Assembly (NCBI RefSeq): GCF_964355755.1
Contig: NC_092670.1
Coordinates: 8,608,201 to 8,672,200 of the forward strand
Length of the DNA stretch: 64,000 nucleotides
Origin: Antedon mediterranea
Taxonomy: Eukaryota; Animalia; Echinodermata
Reading direction: 5' to 3'
Part shown: in pieces, positions 59,501-64,000 of the stretch
Numbering within the stretch: the stretch's first letter is position 1
Layout of the letters: every line of letters starts with the position of its first letter
Notes under the pieces: generated by a model
Databases searched by the model: none
Told to the model about the DNA's origin: nothing
What the model saw: the letters and a program-made list of their open reading frames with translations, nothing else
Program-made: the position numbers and the translations under genes

Positions 59501-60107
59501 TAACTCAAAAATATAAAAGTAAATTTAACTGTTGTTTAATAGTTTAATAGTGTATAATTATTTTTATTTTTTTTTCTCTAAAGAACATTCCACAGAACAA
59601 TTGATTGAGCTGATTGTTGATGTCAATTCTTTCTGGAAAGATTATGGAAATGTTAATCTCCTGAAATTATTACTATACGAGTTTCAAAACAAAGTGCCTT
59701 TAATTGCAATACAGAAGGGTAAAGATGCACATGGTCTGTTCAAGCTACTTGTGGGGCCAGCGATTCTCAATAAATCCGATGTAACTGTTCTTATTGAAGC
59801 GGTTTATTTGAGTTGTTTACGTAGTTTAGAATCAAAGATAATGGATATGGTACCGTCATTTAAAGGATTTAAGAATTTTGAGGTTCGTAAATTCTCAAAA
59901 CATCGAAAAAATTTAATTAAATTTGGTTTTATAATAAGCATTGACACAATGACATGGATTGACCAATTTTACAATGTTAAGCCAGAAGATCAATGGGATT
60001 TGATATTCAAAATTGAAATATTAGGTAAATTGCCATCTTTAGTTGAAAAGCTTAAACGAGAAAACATGATGAAGGAGTATGAAATCATAACATCATCTGA
60101 TAACTAA
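8442..60107 (+). CDS. Multi-exon gene: SAM-like / 20 ankyrin cassette exons / TRADD-N-like / tandem DED-like protein (~1420 aa if all exons are joined)
   Basis: 31 GT-AG exons read manually join in one frame with matching phases: 8442-8519, 9331-9462, 9812-9904, 10563-10606, 10727-10823, 20 ANK exons (12559 to 52103), 52502-52586, 53478-53606, 56892-57038, 57387-57773, 58087-58131, 59584-60107 (TAA). AATAAA at ~60371 and ~60555. An upstream exon may exist because the ATG exon has an acceptor. Confidence 0.8.
9331..9462 (+). CDS. Exon B, SAM-like part 2 (LNSVAQINKTSDQTLLKTYGLKSNEIENIRRGVEMFELHHKEET)
   Basis: ttttacag / gtaaat; pattern resembles SAM helices 3-5. Confidence 0.75.
9812..9904 (+). 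CDS. Exon C, linker (EDIKPESIKTVVSNPTWDPTFQEATSSRETE)
   Basis: aaccacag / gtaatg, phase 0-0, open. Confidence 0.7.
10563..10606 (+). CDS. Exon D (GAHSSQRHEDFLMG)
   Basis: ttttaag / gtgagt; phase 0-2, matching the next exon. Confidence 0.65.
10727..10823 (+). CDS. Exon E, ankyrin N-cap-like (RNILEKAIVEGKGLQEIEKICRNEPHLVKTINK)
   Basis: tttgttttttag / gtatgg; phase 2-0; ends -INK like the ANK exon junctions. Confidence 0.75.
12200..12264 (+). pseudogene. Half ankyrin exon (QFELEILNRLVHPNALTTSNK), 5' part and normal acceptor deleted
   Basis: Donor gtaatg intact; no GNTPLH; closest to the 3' half of exon 51966-52103. Confidence 0.7.
12559..12690 (+). CDS. ANK exon 1, type A (NGNTPLHLYLSIFTTKFGYPQMRGVELEILNTLVHPDALTTSNK)
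   Basis: tttatttcag / gtaatg; GxTPLH; phase 0-0. Confidence 0.85.
12986..13138 (+). CDS. ANK exon 2, type A with 7-aa loop duplication (...FTTEFGYRRMRDVGLEMRGVELEIL...)
   Basis: ttcag / gtaatg; 153 nt. Confidence 0.85.
13432..13584 (+). CDS. ANK exon 3, type A, identical to exon 2
   Basis: 446 bp after exon 2, with near-identical flanking intron. Confidence 0.85.
13877..14008 (+). CDS. ANK exon 4, type A (DGNTPLHLYLSIFTTKFGYPQMRGVELE...)
   Basis: ttcag / gtaatg; 132 nt. Confidence 0.85.
14684..14818 (+). CDS. ANK exon 5, type A (YGNTALHLYLSLFSTKFGYDLIRGVNELEILNSLLHPDALTTSNK)
   Basis: tttatttcag / gtaatg; 135 nt. Confidence 0.85.
15104..15208 (+). CDS. ANK exon 6, type B (DKDTPLHLYLRSSEVKLEIVNCLLTKGASTTSPNN)
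   Basis: ttctttgcag / gtatgt; canonical-length ANK with LLxxGA. Confidence 0.85.
15281..15388 (+). CDS. ANK exon 7, type B hybrid (NGYTPLHLYLGRSSEVKLEIVNYLITNGASITTPNN)
   Basis: gattgcag / gtatgt; preceding intron only 72 nt. Confidence 0.75.
15838..15945 (+). CDS. ANK exon 8, type B-N (NGYTPLHLYLGRSSEVKLEIINCLVTNGASITTPNN)
   Basis: ttctttgcag / gtatgt; 108 nt. Confidence 0.85.
16352..16456 (+). CDS. ANK exon 9, type B-D (DGDTPLHLYLRSHEVKLEIVNYLITNGASITTPNN)
   Basis: ttctttgcag / gtatgt; 105 nt. Confidence 0.85.
16911..17018 (+). CDS. ANK exon 10, type B-N
   Basis: Same peptide and splice sites as exon 8. Confidence 0.85.
17441..17545 (+). CDS. ANK exon 11, type B-D (DGDTPLHLYLRSDEVKLE...)
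   Basis: ttctttgcag / gtatat. Confidence 0.8.
17996..18103 (+). CDS. ANK exon 12, type B-N
   Basis: Same peptide and splice sites as exons 8 and 10. Confidence 0.85.
18529..18633 (+). CDS. ANK exon 13, type B-D
   Basis: Same peptide as exon 11; gtatgt donor. Confidence 0.85.
18690..19722 (+). mobile_element. Helitron-like non-autonomous element (5' boundary uncertain)
   Basis: Internal short tandem repeats (gtgaactaggcctac; ~80 bp duplication near 18970-19120); ends in the hairpin actagagggt...gcgagcgaaacgagcg...accctCTAG followed by T. Confidence 0.45.
20428..24240. mobile_element. Kolobok-type non-autonomous DNA transposon
   Basis: TTAA TSD (20424-20427, 24241-24244); TIRs aggggggttccgggtttaaaat / attttaaacccagaatccccct; RR...YY termini. 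Confidence 0.8.
21774..23990 (+). mobile_element. RTE-group LINE, 5'-truncated, nested in the Kolobok element
   Basis: Begins at the endonuclease end (DTDHRIV); ORF 21885..23636 has QSGFRKGRST, DMSSAFDTV, PQGDSLSP, YADD; out-of-frame RWRLLGHILR; AT-rich tail; TSD ACGTACA at 21767-21773 and 23991-23997. Confidence 0.92.
24541..24672 (+). CDS. ANK exon 14, type A (DGNTPVHLYFSLFRTGDRRLWGNIIEFEILNRLVHPDFLTTSNK)
   Basis: tttatttcag / gtaatg; 132 nt. Confidence 0.85.
27815..28602. mobile_element. MITE with 8-bp TSD (P-element-like or hAT) inserted in the Gypsy integrase
   Basis: TIR cagagccatatat(at)aaagagttacgacattg at both ends; TSD CCTTAATT at 27807-27814 and 28603-28610. Confidence 0.88.
28792..29564 (+). 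mobile_element. Solo LTR of a different element inserted in the Gypsy integrase
   Basis: TGTCG...CGACA ends, TSD TAAC, internal AATAAA near 29494; removing it restores integrase KYVLVICDYATRY. Confidence 0.85.
32690..33725 (-). mobile_element. RTE-clade LINE fragment (APE endonuclease), degenerate
   Basis: IGFWNVRTL, ILGISECRWTGQG, MGDHNAKVG, NQIDHVLV, RGADIASDHQLV across frameshifted ORFs. Confidence 0.9.
34021..34192. repeat. Imperfect ~170 bp palindrome (hairpin MITE-like)
   Basis: Core tggtga.tgatgaaaggttatat.caact...agttg.atataacctttcatca.tcacca at 34072-34140, with outer arms acaaacaat / attgtttgt. Confidence 0.7.
34560..35135. repeat. Composite minisatellite built on a 21-bp unit TGTCCARRATGGGGAAATTTC
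   Basis: About 20 tgtcca-anchored units mixed with ggtggcgctatatcg and gctgtccaatatagagaaatccgatt sub-units. Confidence 0.9.
35305..36730. repeat. Dispersed, partly triplicated ~250 bp block
   Basis: cgttaaaaactacagtatattatattaa...caggatatttattaatataattaatacag...accacagacc recurs near 35408, 35863 and 36506. Confidence 0.7.
39820..42397 (+). mobile_element. Sola2-type DNA transposon, internally deleted, with transposase remnant
   Basis: ~520 bp TIRs (39820-40339 and 41887-42397) with GGG...CCC termini; TSD ATAT; DGCGGQYKN...WNFFATSHGKSAFDGIGGTVKR in ORF 40539..40925, continuing at 41225..41716. Confidence 0.88.
40869..41222 (-). mobile_element. tRNA-derived SINE with Deu/Nin-like central domain, nested in the Sola2 transposase
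   Basis: Minus strand: A box tggccgagcggttaagg, B box ggttcgaggcc, core aaagaacccagttcattattcgaaaaagagtagggggttaccccgg, A-rich tail. Confidence 0.8.
42774..43303. mobile_element. Kolobok-type MITE
   Basis: TTAA TSD; TIR agatgtattgtccc / gggacactacatct. Confidence 0.8.
43439..43573 (+). CDS. ANK exon 15, type A (DGNTPLHQYLSMFNTEFADHLKEDVIKLEILNILVHQEALTTTNK)
   Basis: tttcttgcag / gtaatt; 135 nt. Confidence 0.85.
43798..44096 (+). mobile_element. tRNA-derived CORE-like SINE
   Basis: B box ggttcgaatcc at 43838; taggcaagatacttt...tgcctctctccacccagg...aaaatgggtac; (tat)n tail. Confidence 0.75.
44688..44822 (+). CDS. ANK exon 16, type A (DGNTPLHLYLSIFTTKFGYYHMHRGIKLEILNSLVHPDALTISNK)
   Basis: atttcag / gtaatg. 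Confidence 0.85.
45163..45297 (+). CDS. ANK exon 17, type A (DGNTPLHLYLSIFYKGFAFLMMERGIELEILNSLIHQDALTTTNN)
   Basis: tttcttgcag / gtaatg. Confidence 0.85.
45559..45693 (+). CDS. ANK exon 18, type A (DGNTPLHLYLSIFYRRVLFYPKERGIELEILNSLIHQYALTTSNK)
   Basis: tttattgcag / gtaatg. Confidence 0.85.
45738..49388. mobile_element. Academ-like non-autonomous DNA transposon
   Basis: TAGACCAGTCG...CGACTGGTCTA ends, imperfect TIR over ~140 bp (shared aggtgtcactttt, gtaga.tacgaat), 3-bp TSD TAA; no transposase recognised. Confidence 0.7.
47395..47790. mobile_element. Tc1/mariner(pogo/Tc2)-like MITE with GGGTTACTATTAG repeats
   Basis: TA|ccgtaaatcttctaattgtaaccc at the left; gggttactattagaagatt at the right (end eroded). 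Confidence 0.55.
50070..50306. mobile_element. pogo/Tigger-like MITE
   Basis: TA|cagtaggacc...ggttctactg|TA. Confidence 0.65.
51361..51495 (+). CDS. ANK exon 19, type A (DGNTPLHLYMSIFHKGFYYYPRERGIELEILNRLVHQDALATSNK)
   Basis: tttcttgcag / gtaatg. Confidence 0.85.
51638..51760. repeat. GGCGTTTATTC repeats, fragment of a Tc/mariner-type MITE end
   Basis: Five to six ggcgtttatt units ending aatacgcta. Confidence 0.5.
51966..52103 (+). CDS. ANK exon 20, type A (DGNTPLHLYLSIFNTKFGYYLMEHDQFELEILNRLVHQNALTTSNK)
   Basis: tttatttcag / gtaatg; 138 nt. Confidence 0.85.
52502..52586 (+). CDS. Ankyrin C-cap exon (KGKTPVCILKDNDQMDLEVKHTILKLFD)
   Basis: ttgtttatag / gtaagt; GKTP motif; phase 0-1. Confidence 0.8.
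53478..53606 (+). CDS. Ser/Thr-rich linker exon 1 (QQSKMDQMTPESQAA...SPPRKRLS)
   Basis: ttgttag / gtaagt; phase 1-1; paralog of 56892-57038. Confidence 0.75.
53757..55920 (+). mobile_element. RTE-group LINE, 5'-truncated, single in-frame stop
   Basis: ORFs 53844..54569 and 54675..55937 share a frame, separated by TGA; QNGFRQGRS, DFAKAFDSV, LQGDTLAP, YADD; (gta)n tail. Confidence 0.93.
56892..57038 (+). CDS. Ser/Thr-rich linker exon 2 (QQSVVDQTTPMSQAAGSSSTTGRESEE...REELP)
   Basis: ttgttag / gtaagc; phase 1-1. Confidence 0.75.
57387..57773 (+). CDS. Exon encoding a TRADD-N-like domain
   Basis: ttttttttctag / gtaagt; 387 nt open; GFTIASLKHNCISFYLCVLHLSSLFLIWSLYNNGRLLRLLSKVL. Confidence 0.8.
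58087..58131 (+). CDS. Short linker exon (ELSTPRLTSPITPSI)
   Basis: ttgttttcag / gtaagt; phase 1-1. Confidence 0.7.
58745..58796. repeat. (GCA)n microsatellite
   Basis: Interrupted agcagcagc runs. Confidence 0.8.
59178..59340 (+). mobile_element. Small degenerate LINE reverse transcriptase fragment
   Basis: IDIIQSLY...FETLSGVRQGG...IFNQY. Confidence 0.7.
59584..60107 (+). CDS. Terminal exon, tandem death-effector-domain-like
   Basis: Polypyrimidine tract plus aag acceptor in phase 1; LLKLLLYEF...KDAHGLFKLL...LNKSDVTVLIEAV...LRSLESKI, then FSKHRKNLIKFG...DQWDLIFKIE; stop TAA. Confidence 0.8.
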
Positions 60108-60882
60108 ATTGTGTTTAGTGCCAGTTTAACAACTTTAGTTATATGCCTATACATTAATGTCACTATTAAATATGTTTTAGTATAGAAAGCTTGGTGGTCT
60201 GTAGGCCCTATTACTGTATATACTTTTATATTTTTAAATTGTATTATATATCTTGTATATTGTCATAAACCTCCTCATTTTATAAAACATATGCAGTTTA
60301 AACATTTTTTTAACAAAAATTTAAAAATGTTTAAAAAAATGTACAAATGTACTGCAAGTTTAAAATACAAAATAAATCTGAATCTAATCGTGATAAATGA
60401 ATTCATATACCGTAGCAGGTATATAATTAAAAAAACTTCATTCAACTAATTGTAACAAGAACTAATCTATTCAATGTTTATATTTAATTTAAATGTAATG
60501 GCTCTATTACAATTTTTTCTTAGGTAATTATTTTTACTATTGTCTACTTTTACAATAAAGGTATTTGTTTTCCATGACGTGTATGAAAGTTTCTTGACTA
60601 TTAAATTACATTGTAAATAGTAAAATATATTATGTTTTGCTATATAATCCTCATCATTCCACAGGATAAGTACATAACTCTATTTAAGTAAATACAAATA
60701 TTTTTGTAATTTTCTGTGTTACACTATTTAGCAATTCTATGTCAACATGAATTTTATTTGGGACAGATAAAATAAAGTATAAATAATTTTAAACTTATTA
60801 AGTCAATAATAGATTCATTTATATTGTTTTTAACATAATTACAGTATTTCAATTATGTCATAATAAGTATGTATAGTAATAA

Positions 60883-61210
60883 AAATGTAGATTGATTGTA
60901 CTTTACTGTTATTGATAATAGAGTTACAACTCTCTGATATAGAGACAACCAAGCAATCACATATACAATACTATTATTAAATGTAGATTGATTGTACTGT
61001 AGGTTTTTTTTTACTGTTATTGATAATAGCAGGGAGTTACAACTCTCTGATATAGAGACAACCAATCAATCACATATACAGTACTATTATTAAATGTAGA
61101 TTGATTGTACTGTAGGTTTTTTTAACTGTTATTGATAATAGCTTGGAGTTGTTACAACTCTCTGTTAATAGAGACAACCAAGCAATCACATATACAGTAC
61201 TATTATTAAA
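60883..61210. repeat. Three tandem copies of a ~100-120 bp unit
   Basis: aaatgtagattgattgtact...actgttattgataatag...gttacaactctctg...agagacaaccaa...atcacatataca repeated three times. Confidence 0.85.
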
Positions 61211-62499
61211 GCTTGGTTTCCTCTTGGAAACACAAGGTCGTAAGCGCAACGTAAGCAAATTGACCAATGATAAACGACTTTTTAGATAATCCATCGCTTG
61301 TGATTGGTCAAATTACTTAGGTTATGTTGCGTCCCTGCTTTAGTTTAATGATCATTCCCCATAATAAAGACATGTTTATTGTTAAATGTCGTTCCCTAAT
61401 CAAACCAGGTAATTCTTTTTTTCCAGTTGGTGGATGTGTTCCACATCTGTTCTTTCTCATTTATAATGTTTACCTAGGGCTACTACACAGTGTGGAACTA
61501 TTAAACTCTTAATTATATTTGTTCTTACTTTTTTCATTTCTTAAATAAAATTGCAAAAACCTATATGAACATGTCTTGCAGTACACTATGTGTTTCTTAA
61601 AGTTGAGTATATCGACGTTTCAGCTGTTACTATCTGTTTTATGAAGTAATTATATAGGTAGGCCTAACTAAACTCTTAATTATATTTGCTTTTACATTTT
61701 TATTTCTTAAATACAATTTCAAAAAAAGATATGAACCTTGCTTGCTATATAGGTAGGCCTAAGCGGAAATGTTGTTTTAATAACTCAATTGGATGCAATA
61801 TGGTTCTACAATACATACAGTTTGAAGAAACTAAGGACAGAAATATTGATAAAATATTTAGTTAAGATTTGAACGTCGTGAAGTGGTTTCCCGAAAGATC
61901 GTAAAATCAAAACGGTACTGGGTATGACCAACTAGCGTTATTGTCACCGGCTAGTCATCCATTCATAGAAGTACTAATGTAGTAGCCTACCTGTACGGTG
62001 ACCATAGAATGTGACCCGAGGCATGACTAACTACGACTTTTAGATGATAGAAAGTTGAGAAAAATTGTTACGAGTAGTTGTACGACATGAAGATGTTTAT
62101 GAAATTATGTTAAAGATGTAAAAACATATACATTAGGCATATAAACAGTAATGTGTGTTAGTAAAAATAATAATATTATGTAAAAAAGATATAAGGAAGA
62201 AAAGCAAAGAGATTATGGAGCGGCTGTACCTGAATATACAATATAAATATTGTAAGGTTAAAAACTAGAAATTTAGGCGATCTTGTCAAAGGTCAAGCGC
62301 CTTCAGCCTGCCACGTTTCGATATTCAATATTGAACTTAAACGTTTCCTATGACTAAAACTTAACGAACCAATTATACAAATTATACATTCTAAACCACT
62401 GTCTACACTATCAAACTTTATGTGAAAAAATTTGATATGCCCAAATATGGTAGTGATATCATCGTGTCCATATTTGGGCACATCACATTTTTTTGTCAC

Positions 62500-62880
62500 A
62501 TAAAGTTTTTTGATCTTGTTTTTTTGTATAAATGTATTAATTCTTTATTTGACTGTAACTTAGTTAGTAATTTTTATCTTAGAGTCCCTAGTCATCGTCT
62601 TAGAAGAAATTCTACTTTTCATATTCCTTTTAGTAGAGTAAATGTTTTAAAAAATGGTTTTATTAGTAGATTAAGTCAAACTTATAATTCTTTTACTTTA
62701 AGAAACCCTGAGTTAGATATCTTTAGTAATAATTTCGTAAGTTTCGTAACATTGTTAGTAGTTTAGTTTAATGTTTTTTTTTTGTATGTGTTCGTGTTGT
62801 CTGTGTTCCCTCCTGTAAGTGGTGAACCATGAGCTCACTGTTGGTTGGGAAATGAATAAATAAAAAATAAAATAAAAATA
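62500..62880 (+). mobile_element. CR1-group LINE 3' end
   Basis: DLVFLYKCIN...RVPSHRLR...FISRLSQTYN, followed by a 3' UTR and an (aataa)n tail. Confidence 0.75.
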
Positions 62881-63214
62881 GTCTAGACAGAGCTTAAGGA
62901 AACGCCTTGTCACTGTAAAAAAAAATCCAATAGCCCTTTCTAAGTATTTGTCATTTAATAAAAGACCAACTTATCCCAAGTTTCACAATTTTATTTAAAG
63001 GTATAGTGTCTTTTACCTCTTAATTAAATAAAAATAATGCAATTCCGTTTTTCAACAATTTTTTTTTGTTTAAAGCCATTATTTTGACTAACTCTGGCGC
63101 TCCTAAAATGTAGTTTACCGCTTTATCATATCCCCTCTTTGTAATAATAGTAATACGATTTTGCATTTGTGATTATTTCTGAAAACTGATCCCACTTTAT
63201 CTAAATTACCCTTG

Positions 63215-63421
63215 AGCGTAGTTCCCACTAGCGATGCAACGTAACGCAAACGACGCAACCTAAGAAAATGCCCTTCCAATAATTTTGTTTGCCCCCGCCT
63301 GCGTGAAATCAAACCTGTGATTTTTGCAGCACTGTTGCATCGTTGGTTCCCACTTGTGATTACGCAATACAGCACTTTGCGTCAATACTTCGTTGCGTTG
63401 CGTTCTAGTGAGAACCACGCT
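63215..63421. mobile_element. PIF/Harbinger-like MITE (a related fragment lies at ~61210-61337)
   Basis: TIR agcgtagttcccactag / ctagtgagaaccacgct; aacgc sub-terminal repeats; TTA on the right flank. Confidence 0.6.
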
Positions 63422-64000
63422 TTAGGGCAAATGTTAATACAATGCAATTATTATGCACTAATTATTGCTATATATGCACACATTATTGTGGTAGTATCAT
63501 CTTATGGGGTCATAGTAAGCATTTATGTCACAAAACTAAGCGGTCCAAATTTTGATATTTTTAGAAAAATGTTCAAATTTCCGATTTTCAATTATTATGC
63601 ACTAATATTGCCATATATGTACATATATTTGTTAGTATCATCTTATAAGCTCATAGTAATCATTTATTTCACAAAATAAAAGTTTAGAAATTTGTACTAG
63701 GCCTATAGTACAAGCATTTTTTCAAAAAAGGGGCAAAATTCCGACTTTTTAAAATGCAATTATTATGCACTAATTATTGTGATATACGCATCTGTATTGT
63801 GTTAGTATCATTTTATGTAATCACAGTAAGCATTTATGTTAAATAATAAAATGGTAGAAATTCGTACATCAATTCCTGTACTAAGTACAGGGTTTTTTTT
63901 TAAATGGGCAAAATTGCGGAGTTTTAACAAATATAACAATGATATACTTTTATTCAAAATATTTGGCTTGTATTTAGACAATATTGTACATTTATATTCG

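Overview
AT-rich, intron-containing animal DNA, probably an invertebrate deuterostome such as an echinoderm (inferred from the repeat families and gene style, not proven). One spliced + strand gene spans almost the whole window. Reading GT-AG exons by hand gives a continuous frame of about 1420 aa if all exons are used: SAM-like N-terminus (8442..9462, with an upstream duplicate at 3641..4888), linker, ankyrin N-cap, 20 intact single-repeat ankyrin exons, C-cap, two paralogous Ser/Thr linker exons, a TRADD-N-like exon, and a terminal tandem-DED-like exon (stop at 60107). All 20 ankyrin exons are phase 0-0 and so interchangeable. Twelve carry a hypervariable, often aromatic-rich insert between near-invariant helices. 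The array shows recent tandem and higher-order duplication, a hybrid exon and dead exons. It looks like a diversifying ankyrin-cassette sensor coupled to death-fold signalling; this function is inference. Introns hold nested transposons: Helentron-like elements, Kolobok-type elements, RTE and CR1/L2 LINEs, a Gmr1-like Gypsy with SCAN-like gag, Sola2, an Academ-like element, SINEs and MITEs. Domain calls come from motif recognition only; no searches were run.
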